Shown: piece by piece, positions 52,571 through 62,034 of the stretch
Layout of the letters: each line of letters begins with the position of its first letter
Position numbering within the stretch: position 1 is the stretch's first letter
Source of the DNA: Treponemataceae bacterium
GTDB taxonomy: Bacteria > Spirochaetota > Spirochaetia > Treponematales > Rectinemataceae
Direction of reading: 5' to 3'
DNA length: 64,000 nucleotides
NCBI GenBank assembly: GCA_963667725.2
Contig: CAXXHO010000003.1
Coordinates: forward strand, 2,112,001 to 2,176,000
Translations under genes and position numbers: made by a program
The notes under the pieces: generated by a model
The model's database searches: none
What the model was told of the DNA's origin: nothing
What the model saw: only the letters and a program-made list of their open reading frames with translations

Positions 52571-54007
52571 TCAGATTTTCTTGTCGAAATATTCGGGCTT
52601 GGGATTCCATACGCGGCAACGATTGCGCCCCGCTTCCTTGGCGTCGTAGAGGGCCAGATCGGCTCGCCGGATGAACTCGTGCAATATGTCCTGAGGTCCA
52701 GGCACGCCGGAAAAAACGCCGATGCTCACCGTCGGGCATGCGTGGCTCCCGTCGACGTCGATGAGGGGAATCTTCTTTCTGAGACGCTCGGCGACGACGA
52801 GGGCTTCCCGGGTCGTTGTATCGGGAAGAAGAACGACGAACTCCTCGCCGCCGTAGCGAACGAGATAGTCATTCACCCTCAAACATTGCGAAATGCCCGT
52901 GGCCATGGATCTGAGCACCTGATCGCCAAAAGAATGGCCGTAGGTATCGTTGACGATCTTGAAATGATCGATATCGAGCATGAGGATGCCCATAGGCTGA
53001 TCTTCCTTATAGGCTTTCCCGAAGAGGTCTTGCCCCATCGTCTCCAGACCGTAGCGGTTGGCGACGCCGGTCAATTTGTCGGTTCTGGCTTCTTCCTTGA
53101 TTATCGTATGCTGCTTGGCGTGCTCGAGGGCCATGGCTATGTGTTCAGCCACGTTGGAAGCGATTCTTACGTGCTGATTGGTGTAGAAGCCGCGTTCGGC
53201 GCTGTCGAGAGCCAGCAGCCCCATCGCCCTTCCCTCGTAGACGAGGGGAATGCCGAGCCAGGATTTTACCTGGATGCTGCCTTCGACTTGAACGAAACCT
53301 TCGAAATCGTGCTCCACGTCGTTGCATATTATGGGTCGGCGCGAGGCTATCGCTCTTGCCGATGGGTTGTCTATGCCGGTGACAGGAAACCTGAGATCCT
53401 GGGTGAGTGCTTCGGTATAGCCATAGCTGCCGATCACCGCTAGAAAATTGCCTTGGAGGGCCTGCACGGTAGCGCGGTCGAAGGGGATTATCCGGTGCAG
53501 GTGCTCGATGATCTTGTTGAGGGTCTCATTGAAATCGAGGCTCTTGTTGATCGCGGTGAGAAGATCCTTGAGGGATTCGATCTCCACCAGGCGTTCGCGG
53601 ATTTCCTCCTGCGCGGCAATAAGCCTGCTAATATCCGTATCATGAATGGCGAGCATGGTTATTTCACCCCTCTCGCCCCTCGCCTGGACAAAGAAATCCA
53701 GGGAAAACCAGTTGATCGAGCCATCCATCCCGATCAGCCGGAACTCGCCCTTCCCTACGTCGATTTCGCCCGATTTCAGCTTTTTTATGAGCGATTCAAA
53801 ACCCTGAAGGTCGGCGGAGAAGATTTTCTCCCTCGGAAAAAAATCCAGCATGGTATCGCTCACGATTCCCAACTGCTTCCATGTATCGCTTAGCAACATA
53901 TTCCTGTTGACGAAATCGAGGATAGTAAACCCGCTCCCAGTTATCATCTTATCTAGGTTTGGATTCGCCAAGAGGGCTTGCATGAGTAATGGTGGCGGTT
54001 CGTGCAT
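52571..54007 (-). CDS. PAS-like/GAF/GGDEF diguanylate cyclase
   Basis: DKLTG, DIDHFK.VND.YGH..GD, RVND (RxxD) upstream of YGGEEF. Confidence 0.9.
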   Translation of the reverse strand: MHEPPPLLMQALLANPNLDKMITGSGFTILDFVNRNMLLSDTWKQLGIVSDTMLDFFPREKIFSADLQGFESLIKKLKSGEIDVGKGEFRLIGMDGSINWFSLDFFVQARGERGEITMLAIHDTDISRLIAAQEEIRERLVEIESLKDLLTAINKSLDFNETLNKIIEHLHRIIPFDRATVQALQGNFLAVIGSYGYTEALTQDLRFPVTGIDNPSARAIASRRPIICNDVEHDFEGFVQVEGSIQVKSWLGIPLVYEGRAMGLLALDSAERGFYTNQHVRIASNVAEHIAMALEHAKQHTIIKEEARTDKLTGVANRYGLETMGQDLFGKAYKEDQPMGILMLDIDHFKIVNDTYGHSFGDQVLRSMATGISQCLRVNDYLVRYGGEEFVVLLPDTTTREALVVAERLRKKIPLIDVDGSHACPTVSIGVFSGVPGPQDILHEFIRRADLALYDAKEAGRNRCRVWNPKPEYFDKKI

Positions 54008-54076
54008 GTATTGTAATATAAGCCAGAGACACCCCTCACACAAGGGCCGGTGTCGCAGGTACTGAAAGGAGCGGGA

Positions 54077-55267
54077 ATGAAAGGCATCGGCGACAGAGTT
54101 GCTGAGTATTATCCGGCATTGGGGCGGCTTGCCTGTGGCAAGCATGACGCAGGCAAGTATGCCGCGGGGCGGCCTGTGGCATCCGCCCTCGATCGTTTCG
54201 GCGCCGCGCTCCTGAGCCTGCAGCGCGGCCTTACGGGCGACAGGCGCCTGGCGGGAGCTTCGTATTTTTCCCGGGCCGACTTGCTGGGCGCGTATCTTTT
54301 GTATTACTGGCCCGTTTCCTTCGTCCAGGCATCGCTCGCGCTACGGGAGATCGACATGAGAGGAGCCTTGCCGAAAATTCGCCGCGTCCTCGATCTGGGC
54401 GCGGGACCGGGCCCGGCTTCCTTCGCCGCCGCTGAGCTGGGCGCGGAAAGCGTGACGCTCGTGGACGCCAACGGGGAGGCTCTGGAGGCGGCGCTGAGGC
54501 TGAAAGAGAATGTCGCCGGCCTGGGCGCCGAGTTCGTAACGGTTCGGAGGAATTTCGAGGAGGACGGCGACATCCCGGCAGGTCCCTACGATCTTATAAT
54601 TGCCTGTCACAGCGCGAATGAGTTGTGGAAAGAGAAGGACGACGCGGTCGAGCGTCGTGCGGGGCTTTTCGAAAGGGCCTTCGGGCAGTTGGCCGACGGG
54701 GGTATTCTTCTCGTGATAGAGCCGGCGGCCAACGTGACGGGCAGGCCGGCGCTCGCCCTGCGAGACAGGCTGCTGGAACGGGGCCGGGAACGAGGGATGA
54801 GCTGCGTGGCGCCTTGTCCGGGGTCTTTGGATTGCCCGATCGCGAGCGCCGGCGAGGGGAGAAGCTGCCACTCCTCTTGGCCTTGGGAACCCACCGGCCC
54901 CGTGGCCGCCTTGGCCAGGGCTGCCGGGCTCGACCGCGACTCGGCGAAAGCGACCTGGTTCGCCATGAAAAAAGCCCCGCCACCCGAAGCCAAGCCTATC
55001 GGCGGCGATCGACTGGCGGGCAGGATCGTCTCCGAATCCATGCTCAACAAAGCCGGCAGGGTACGGTATATTGTATGCACGGCTTCGGGGCTCGCCACGA
55101 TATCGGCCAAGAGAGGCGATTCAGGCGCCGATGGCGCCGGCTTTTTTTCGCTTCGTCGTGGGGACTGCATCGAAGCCCAGGCTCTGGAAAAGCGGGCGGG
55201 CGAAAACAGTTTCGGCTTCGCCGTCGGAACGAGGCTAAAAATCGCGCTGAAAGCCCCCGAAGCATGA
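54077..55267 (+). CDS. Rsm22/METTL17-family SAM methyltransferase
   Basis: AYLLYYWP, VLDLGAGPG, LVIEPA, APCPGSLDCP...CH. Confidence 0.8.
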   Translation: MKGIGDRVAEYYPALGRLACGKHDAGKYAAGRPVASALDRFGAALLSLQRGLTGDRRLAGASYFSRADLLGAYLLYYWPVSFVQASLALREIDMRGALPKIRRVLDLGAGPGPASFAAAELGAESVTLVDANGEALEAALRLKENVAGLGAEFVTVRRNFEEDGDIPAGPYDLIIACHSANELWKEKDDAVERRAGLFERAFGQLADGGILLVIEPAANVTGRPALALRDRLLERGRERGMSCVAPCPGSLDCPIASAGEGRSCHSSWPWEPTGPVAALARAAGLDRDSAKATWFAMKKAPPPEAKPIGGDRLAGRIVSESMLNKAGRVRYIVCTASGLATISAKRGDSGADGAGFFSLRRGDCIEAQALEKRAGENSFGFAVGTRLKIALKAPEA

Positions 55268-55292
55268 AGAGCGCGACGACATAAGGAATATC

Positions 55293-55796
55293 GTGAAGCG
55301 GACACCAAGAATCGTATCCATCATAGGCTGGTCGGGCGCGGGCAAGACCACCTTCATCGAATCAGCGCTCGAGGAATGTTCGAAACGCGGCATAAGCGCC
55401 GCGGCAATCAAGAAATCGAGGCATGTGGCCGATCTTCCCCCCGACACCAAGGATTCGGCGCGATTTCATGCCGCGGGGGCGAATCCTTCCATTTATCTGA
55501 GCGAATCGGAGATGGTCGTGCTTACCGCGCCTCCCGCCCCGATGGACGCAGGCGCGATTGCCGCGCTTTGCCCCCTGGCGTCGATCATTTTCTGCGAAGG
55601 CCTCGCCGCGGAAGGCGCCCTTCGCGTTCTCGTCGCCGGCGCCGAAACCGAGGAGAAGGCCATAAAGCGCCCGCTCGCCGACATAGACATCCTCGTGGCG
55701 CGCGAGGCGAGTATGCTGAAACTGGCCAAAACCAGGAATATCAAGGCTTTCAGACCCGAAGATGTCGAGCTTTTTATCGATTACATCATTTCTTGA
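55293..55796 (+). CDS. mobB: MobB-like P-loop protein
   Basis: GWSGAGKTT, AIKK, KDSARF..AGA, FCEG. Confidence 0.7.
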   Translation: MKRTPRIVSIIGWSGAGKTTFIESALEECSKRGISAAAIKKSRHVADLPPDTKDSARFHAAGANPSIYLSESEMVVLTAPPAPMDAGAIAALCPLASIIFCEGLAAEGALRVLVAGAETEEKAIKRPLADIDILVAREASMLKLAKTRNIKAFRPEDVELFIDYIIS

Positions 55797-55807
55797 GGAG
55801 GATGGCG

Positions 55808-55984
55808 ATGACCGAAGACGGAAAGGAAATCCACATTTACTGCGACGGCCAGGAACTGCCCCTGGTGCCCTTTGTCTCGAAGCTCTTCTTTGACACGATC
55901 GCGGCCATGACAGGCGCGCTGAAAGGCGCGGAAAACGCTTCCACGGTGACGATCACCATCACCAAGCCATCCAAACAGGCATAA
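55808..55984 (+). CDS. Small protein resembling the C-terminal domain of long MobB proteins
   Basis: IYCDGQELPLVPFVSKLFFDTIAAMTGALKG; GAGGAG ribosome-binding site. Confidence 0.65.
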   Translation: MTEDGKEIHIYCDGQELPLVPFVSKLFFDTIAAMTGALKGAENASTVTITITKPSKQA

Positions 55985-56012
55985 GCCGTGTCGGCATAAG
56001 GCGGTTCGGAAT

Positions 56013-56061
56013 AAAAAAGGCAGGCGGAATCCTTTCGAGGATTCCGCCTGCCTTTCGTTTT
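56013..56061. terminator. Bidirectional intrinsic terminator
   Basis: AAAAAAGGCAGGCGGAATCCT-TTCG-AGGATTCCGCCTGCCTTTCGTTTT. Confidence 0.9.
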
Positions 56062-56089
56062 CAGGCGCTGAACCTTCGGCGCCAAACGT

Positions 56090-57874
56090 TTATTTCAGGA
56101 ACAGAGGCTTTCCTTCATAGTGGGTATGGAGGAGGTGGTGCGCCTTCGGGCTTCCCGGCGCCTCGAGGAACTCGGCGTATACCTGCTTGATGTAGGGATT
56201 GTTGTGCGAGCAGCGGTATTCCTGGTTCTCGTCGTGGTCGTAGAGGGCGCGCATGCGCTTCGTGCGGATCTCGTCGGTGGCCCCATAGGGCTGTCCGCCG
56301 CCGCCGATACAGCCGCCGCGGCAGGCCATGACTTCGATGAAATGCCAGGGCGTGTCCTTGCCTTCCTCGCGAGCCTTCCTGACCTGATCCAAAACCTGCT
56401 GGATGTTGCCCATCTGGTGAGCGACGGCCACGCGGATTTCGATGCCGGCGATGTGGACGCTAGCTTCCTTGATTCCGGAAATGCCGCGGACGGCGGTGAA
56501 GTTCACGTCCTTCAGATCTTCGCCGGTGACGAGGAAATAGGCCGAACGCAGAGCGGCTTCCATGACGCCGCCCGTCGCGCCAAAGATGGCGCCGGCGCCG
56601 GTATAGGGCCCCAGCGGGCTATCGGCTTCGGATTCGGGGAGATTGAGAAGGTCGATGCCGGCCTGCTTGATCATCCTCGCGAGTTCGCGCGTGGTGATGG
56701 CGACATCGACATCCTGGTATCCCGAGGAATACATGGTCTCGTCGCGATGCGTCTCATACTTCTTGGCGGTGCAGGGCATTATCGACACGGAGAATATCTT
56801 GGAGGGATCCACGCCGGCTTTCTGCGCCCAGTAGGTCTTGATCATGGCGCCCATCATCTGCTGCGGACTCTTCGCGGTGGAGAAGTTCGGGACCATGTCC
56901 GGATAGTATTTTTCCATGTAGTCGACCCAGGCAGGACAGCAGGAAGTGATGAGAGGCATGGACCTTTCCTTCGTCGCGGCGCCGAGGCTGTTCTGGAGGG
57001 CAGAGGTCAGCCTTTTCACGAACTCGGTGCCTTCCTCGAGTATGGTGAGGTCGGCCGAGAAGTTCGTGTCGAAGATGGCGTCGAAGCCCATCCGCCTGAA
57101 GGCCGTATAGATTTTCTTGGTGACGTCGGTTCCGGCCGGCAGACCGAAGGCTTCGCCGAGGGCGACGCGGACGGCCGGGGCAATCTGGACGACGCAGGTC
57201 TTGGCTTCAGGACCAGTCTTCATGAGGGCGTCCCATACAAGCTGGGTCTGGTCGTTCTCGTAGATGGCGCCGACGGGGCAGTGCGCCGAGCACTGGCCGC
57301 ACCTGATGCAGGGGCTTTCGCCCAGCTTGACGTCGGCGGCCGGGGCGATGCGCGTGGACTCGCCGCGTCCGAGGAACTCGATGGCCCACACGTTCTGCAT
57401 CTGCTGGCACACAGTCACGCAGCGGCCGCAGCGGATGCACTTTTCGGGATTGAGGATGATCGATCCCGTGGTGTCGTCGATCGGGAGATCGCGCAGACGC
57501 TTCGGGAATGACTGCTGGCGGATGCCGAACTCCTGGGCCAGGGTCTGCAGTTCGCAGTCCTGGTTGCGGGGGCAGGCGAGGCAGTCGTCGGGATGCGTGG
57601 AGAGAATGAGTTCTATCACCGTCTTGCGGATCTGCACGAGTTCGGCATCGTTCGTGATGACGCTCATGTTCTCCGAAACCGGGGTGCAGCAGGACCTGAG
57701 CATCTTGTTGCTGCCTTCCACCCTCACGACGCAGATGCCGCATGCCGCCCAGGGGGCGAGATCGGGATTGTAGCAGAGCGTGGGTATCTTGACGTTGGCT
57801 TTCTTGGCCGCGTCGAGGACAGTGGAGCCTTCGGCGACCTGTACCGCTATTCCGTTAACCTTGCAATTGATCAT
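56090..57874 (-). CDS. hndD: [FeFe]-hydrogenase catalytic subunit (HydA/HndD, group A)
   Basis: H-cluster motifs TSCCPAW, MPCTAKKYE, EVMACRGGCIGGGGQP; N-terminal 2Fe-2S and 4Fe-4S domains. Confidence 0.95.
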   Translation of the reverse strand: MINCKVNGIAVQVAEGSTVLDAAKKANVKIPTLCYNPDLAPWAACGICVVRVEGSNKMLRSCCTPVSENMSVITNDAELVQIRKTVIELILSTHPDDCLACPRNQDCELQTLAQEFGIRQQSFPKRLRDLPIDDTTGSIILNPEKCIRCGRCVTVCQQMQNVWAIEFLGRGESTRIAPAADVKLGESPCIRCGQCSAHCPVGAIYENDQTQLVWDALMKTGPEAKTCVVQIAPAVRVALGEAFGLPAGTDVTKKIYTAFRRMGFDAIFDTNFSADLTILEEGTEFVKRLTSALQNSLGAATKERSMPLITSCCPAWVDYMEKYYPDMVPNFSTAKSPQQMMGAMIKTYWAQKAGVDPSKIFSVSIMPCTAKKYETHRDETMYSSGYQDVDVAITTRELARMIKQAGIDLLNLPESEADSPLGPYTGAGAIFGATGGVMEAALRSAYFLVTGEDLKDVNFTAVRGISGIKEASVHIAGIEIRVAVAHQMGNIQQVLDQVRKAREEGKDTPWHFIEVMACRGGCIGGGGQPYGATDEIRTKRMRALYDHDENQEYRCSHNNPYIKQVYAEFLEAPGSPKAHHLLHTHYEGKPLFLK

Positions 57875-57892
57875 GGTAGTTTCTCCCCGTCC

Positions 57893-59686
57893 TTAGCTCT
57901 TGACCACTGCGCCGAATTTGCAGGCCTTGAAGCACTCGCCGCATTTCAGACAGCGCAAGGCGTCGATCACATGAGGCTGTTTCTTCTCGCCCGCGATGCA
58001 AGGCACTGGGCATTTGCGCGCGCAGAGCCCGCAGCCTATGCATTTCGCCGGATCGATCGAGTAGACGATGAGATCCTTGCATTTTCCAGCCCGGCACTTG
58101 TGTTCTTGGATGTGTTCGAGATATTCGTCCCTGAAGTGACGGATGGTCGCCATCGTCGGATTGGCCGCCGAACCGCCCAGCATGCAGAGGGAGGCCTTCG
58201 TCATCGCCTTTCCGATCCTCTCCAGGCTCTCCAGGTCTTTTTCCTCGCCCTTGCCCTTGGTGATCTTGTCGAGGAGGGCGTGCATCTGGTTGGTGCCGAT
58301 GCGGCAGGGGGCGCATTTTCCGCAGGATTCGTCGACGCAGAAGGCCATGTAGAACTTGGAAACGTCGACGACGCAGTCGTCTTCGTCCATGACAATCATG
58401 CCGCCCGAACCCATCATGGAACCGAGGGCCACGAGGCTCTCATAGGAAATCGGGACATCGAGGTCTTTCTCAACGATGATGCCGCCTGAGGGACCGCCGG
58501 TCTGGACGCCCTTGAACTTCTTGCCGTTCCTGATGCCGCCGCCGATATCGAAGATGATCTCGCGCAGCGTGGTGCCCATCGGGACTTCAATGAGGCCCGA
58601 GTTGTTGATCTTGCCGGTGAGGGCGAAAACCTTGGTTCCCTTGGACTTGTCGGTGCCGATGGAAGCGAACCATTCGGGTCCCTTCGTCATGATGACGGGA
58701 ACGTTGGCCAGGGTTTCGACGTTGTTGATGATGGTCGGCTTGCCCCAGAGCCCCTTGATGGCGGGGAATGGCGGCTTCGGGATGGGCATGCCGCGGTCGC
58801 CTTCTATGGATTTGAGCAGGGCAGTCTCTTCGCCGCAGACGAAAGCGCCGGCGCCCAGGCGGATCTCGACGTCGAAGTCGAAACCTGATCCCAGGATGTT
58901 CTTGCCCATGAGGCCCATTTCCTTGGCCTGCTGGATGGCTACTTTAAGCCTTTCGATGGCGAGAGGATATTCAGCGCGGATGTACACGTAGCCGCTGTTG
59001 GAACCGATGGCCTTTCCGGCGATCATCATCGCTTCCAGGATCGAGTGCGGATCGCCTTCGATCGTGGATCTGTCCATGTAAGCGCCCGGGTCGCCCTCGT
59101 CGGCGTTGCAGACGACGTATTTCACGTCGCTCTTGACCTTGCTGGCGGTCTCCCACTTGATGCCGGTGGGGAATCCCGCTCCGCCTCGGCCGCGCAGGCC
59201 CGAAGCCTTGATCATATCGATGATCTGCTGGGGGCTCAACTCGAAAAGCGCTTTCTCGAGGGCGACATAGCCGTCGCGGGCGATGTACTCCTCGATGTTC
59301 TCGGGGTTGATGACGCCGCAGTTGCGCAGGACGATGCGGAACTGTTTCTGGTAGAATTCGATGTCCTGGACTTTCACGTTATCGGCGGTCTTCTGGTCCT
59401 TCTTGTAGAGGAGCCTCTTGACCTCGCGTCCCTTGATCACCTGTTCGGCGATGATTTCCTTCGCGTCCTCGGGCTTCACTTCGACATAGAAGGATTCGGA
59501 GGGAAGCACTTTGACGATGGGACCTTTTTCGCAGAAGCCGAAACAGCCGGTCTTGACGATCTGCACGTCATCCTTGACGCCCTGGAGCTCGGCTTCCTTT
59601 ATCAAGGTGCGATAGATCTCGTCGCTCTTGGAGGATTCGCAGCCGGTGCCGCCGCAGACGAGAATGAAGTTCTTCTTCGCCATCAT
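57893..59686 (-). CDS. hndC: NADH/FMN-binding hydrogenase subunit (HydB/HndC, NuoF-like)
   Basis: SGLRGRGGAGFPTG, NADEGDPGAYMD, GAFVCGEET, ESCGKCAPCR, C-terminal 2x4Fe-4S. Confidence 0.95.
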   Translation of the reverse strand: MMAKKNFILVCGGTGCESSKSDEIYRTLIKEAELQGVKDDVQIVKTGCFGFCEKGPIVKVLPSESFYVEVKPEDAKEIIAEQVIKGREVKRLLYKKDQKTADNVKVQDIEFYQKQFRIVLRNCGVINPENIEEYIARDGYVALEKALFELSPQQIIDMIKASGLRGRGGAGFPTGIKWETASKVKSDVKYVVCNADEGDPGAYMDRSTIEGDPHSILEAMMIAGKAIGSNSGYVYIRAEYPLAIERLKVAIQQAKEMGLMGKNILGSGFDFDVEIRLGAGAFVCGEETALLKSIEGDRGMPIPKPPFPAIKGLWGKPTIINNVETLANVPVIMTKGPEWFASIGTDKSKGTKVFALTGKINNSGLIEVPMGTTLREIIFDIGGGIRNGKKFKGVQTGGPSGGIIVEKDLDVPISYESLVALGSMMGSGGMIVMDEDDCVVDVSKFYMAFCVDESCGKCAPCRIGTNQMHALLDKITKGKGEEKDLESLERIGKAMTKASLCMLGGSAANPTMATIRHFRDEYLEHIQEHKCRAGKCKDLIVYSIDPAKCIGCGLCARKCPVPCIAGEKKQPHVIDALRCLKCGECFKACKFGAVVKS

Positions 59687-60105
59687 CTGCCTCCCTTTGC
59701 GGCGCCATCGGTTTTAGCGACTATATCTGCCGCCGGGCGGTCGAAAATATGATTGTCGAGCAGGGTATGCTCGATCAAGTGTTTCTGAACGAATTCCTCG
59801 GCCGTGTCCTTGGTCATCTTTCCGTAAATGACGGTGGGCATCCCGGGGAACAGCACTTCGACGGTCGGTTCCACATAGCAGAGTCCCATGCATCCGGTCT
59901 GTCTGATGAGAACCTTGTTTTCAAGGCCGTGTTTCTGTATCGAATCGACGAGAGCATCGAAGGTTAGCTTCGCGCCGGCGGCGATCCCGCACGTTCCCAT
60001 TCCGACAATAATCTGGATGTCCTTGCCTTCCACATCCCGCCGCGCCAAGTCCTGACGTTTCGAATCACGAAGCGCCCGAAGCTCGTCGAGGGTCATCCTT
60101 GCCAT
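59683..60105 (-). CDS. hndB: Thioredoxin-like [2Fe-2S] ferredoxin subunit (HydD/HndB)
   Basis: VGMGTCGIAAGA, TGCMGLCYVEP. Confidence 0.9.
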   Translation of the reverse strand: MARMTLDELRALRDSKRQDLARRDVEGKDIQIIVGMGTCGIAAGAKLTFDALVDSIQKHGLENKVLIRQTGCMGLCYVEPTVEVLFPGMPTVIYGKMTKDTAEEFVQKHLIEHTLLDNHIFDRPAADIVAKTDGAAKGGR

Positions 60106-60644
60106 AGGTCTACTCCTTCTTCCTGCGATCGCAAATATTGCTTCAGCAGAGCGAGCGAGGAAACCTCTTCGAGATTCCCAAGCGCCTCTGTCAACTCGCT
60201 CTTCTTAAGTTCGTACGAAGACCCGCCCCGCTTCCTGGAGATGGTCATCTCATGCGCTCCGGGCAGGCATAAAATCGTGAGCAGCATTCCCGGCACGTCG
60301 CCCAAAGGAGGGCAATCCACGTTTTTCCTGTCGAAACGGAAAGCCACTTCGGTTCCCCGCCCCTTCTCCGATTCGATGAAGAATTCCCCGCCGTCCTGGT
60401 CCGTAGCCTGCTTTAAAAAAGGCAGCCCGAGCCCCACCTTTCGGCCGGGATGTTTGCGCCCGTCGGTGACGAAGGGATCGAGGGCACGCCGAAGCTGATC
60501 GGCATCCATCCCTTTCCCGTCATCCCTCACCCGGACGCTGACGTACGCTTCGTCTTCATCCAAAGCGACGTCTATGGACCCGGCGCCCGCCTCGCAGGAG
60601 TTCTGCACGATGTCGATCAGGAAATCGACGATTTCGTAGTGCAT
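60093..60644 (-). CDS. Stand-alone HATPase_c (histidine kinase-like ATPase)
   Basis: DIVQNSCEA (N box), DDGKGM (G1), DPF, GLGL (G2), GRGT. Confidence 0.88.
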   Translation of the reverse strand: MHYEIVDFLIDIVQNSCEAGAGSIDVALDEDEAYVSVRVRDDGKGMDADQLRRALDPFVTDGRKHPGRKVGLGLPFLKQATDQDGGEFFIESEKGRGTEVAFRFDRKNVDCPPLGDVPGMLLTILCLPGAHEMTISRKRGGSSYELKKSELTEALGNLEEVSSLALLKQYLRSQEEGVDLWQG

Positions 60645-60678
60645 TAAAAAACCTGCCCGACGGCCGCGAGGGCCTTCG

Positions 60679-61155
60679 TCAAAGATTCCTGTATTTTACG
60701 ATGATATCCGGAAGCTGATCCTTGGTGACCTTGCCGTATACTTCGTCGTCCACCTGGATGACGGGAGCGAGGCCGCAGCAGCCGAGGCAGCGCACTTCAT
60801 CGATGCTGAAGAGGGCGTCGTCGGTGACATCGTCCCCGGAGATTCCCAGGATGGATCTCGCCTCTTCGACGATGTCCTGAGCTCCCTTGAGATAGCATGC
60901 GGTGCCCATGCACATGGCGATTCTGTGCTTTCCGGGCATCTTGGTCTTGAAGAAATGATAGAAGGTAATGACGCCATATATCTTGGCCAGGGGAAGCCCG
61001 ACCATTCTGGACAGTTTTTCGGCCGCTTCGCGGGGGATATAGCCGAATTCGTTCTGGATACGGTGAAGCATCATGACGAGCCCACCGGGTTTCTTGCCCC
61101 ATTCCTCGATAAAGCCGTTCAGTTCGCCCGAAAATTCGATGTTCGCAGCCGGCAT
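60679..61155 (-). CDS. hndA: [2Fe-2S] hydrogenase subunit (HydC/HndA, NuoE-like)
   Basis: CMGTACYLKG, CLGCCGLAP. Confidence 0.93.
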   Translation of the reverse strand: MPAANIEFSGELNGFIEEWGKKPGGLVMMLHRIQNEFGYIPREAAEKLSRMVGLPLAKIYGVITFYHFFKTKMPGKHRIAMCMGTACYLKGAQDIVEEARSILGISGDDVTDDALFSIDEVRCLGCCGLAPVIQVDDEVYGKVTKDQLPDIIVKYRNL

Positions 61156-61440
61156 GCCACTACCTCCACATTGCTATATATAAGTACAACTATATCGATA
61201 ATAATATATTGACATTATACAAGTCCTTCATATTTTAGACAAGCCCCGATTGGGCATCAACAGCATTTTATTATAGATAAAAATATATCGTTTAAGAAAT
61301 AAAGCGTTGCGGCAAACAAATTTGCCCATTCATGGTAATTATAATGACCTTTGTCGAAAAATCCATTATCATTCGTAGGAATAGGGCATTTGTGCCGGGC
61401 GCCAGGAACCGGAAACATGCCAGATCCAAGGAGGACGCAT

Positions 61441-62007
61441 ATGCAGGCGCAGTCCGATCAGAATCCCGAAATCTCGTCGCTGAACACCAAGGGGATCAGA
61501 ATGACCGATTCGGGAAGGTACCCCGAGGCGATTGCCGTTTTTACCGAGGCGCTCTCCCTGAATCCGGATCTGCCGGGCATCCTCTTCAACCGAGCCGAAG
61601 CCAGAAGGCTGACGGGCGATTTTTCGGGAGCGAGGCAGGACCTGCTGGAAGCGCTGCGCCTCAGCCCCGGGGAGCCTGACTTCATCCACGCCCTCGGCCT
61701 CCTTTCCTACGAGGAAGACGATTTCGCGAGCGCCGCCGATCTGTACGGGAACGCCATCGAGCAGCGCCCCGATTTCGCTCAGGCATGGAATGACCTGGGC
61801 GTCATACGCTTCAGAAAATCCGAATATGCCGAAGCGCGGAAATGTTTCGAGAAAGCGGTGGCCATCGACCCCGACATGGCCGAAGCCTGGTTCAACCTGG
61901 CCGACACCTACGAGGAACTGGGGCTCAGAATGGAGAGAGCCAAGGCGCTCGAAGCGCTCAAGAAAGCGAACATGATAAACGACTACCGGGATGAGTCCAG
62001 AGAATAG
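61441..62007 (+). CDS. Tetratricopeptide repeat protein
   Basis: About 5 TPR motifs (AWNDLG, AWFNLA, ALSLNP); GGAGG ribosome-binding site. Confidence 0.88.
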   Translation: MQAQSDQNPEISSLNTKGIRMTDSGRYPEAIAVFTEALSLNPDLPGILFNRAEARRLTGDFSGARQDLLEALRLSPGEPDFIHALGLLSYEEDDFASAADLYGNAIEQRPDFAQAWNDLGVIRFRKSEYAEARKCFEKAVAIDPDMAEAWFNLADTYEELGLRMERAKALEALKKANMINDYRDESRE

Positions 62008-62034
62008 ACGCTCGGTCCGGAAGGAATACCCTCG

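Noticed and set aside
56120..58489. Long plus-strand ORFs (463 and 298 aa) opposite the hydrogenase genes
   Set aside because: Antisense frames kept open by high-GC codon bias, with no recognisable motifs.
61156..61440. Rex operator upstream of the hydrogenase operon
   Set aside because: The best match, TTGCTATATATAAGTACAA, has 19-bp spacing and a poor fit; the region is simply AT-rich.
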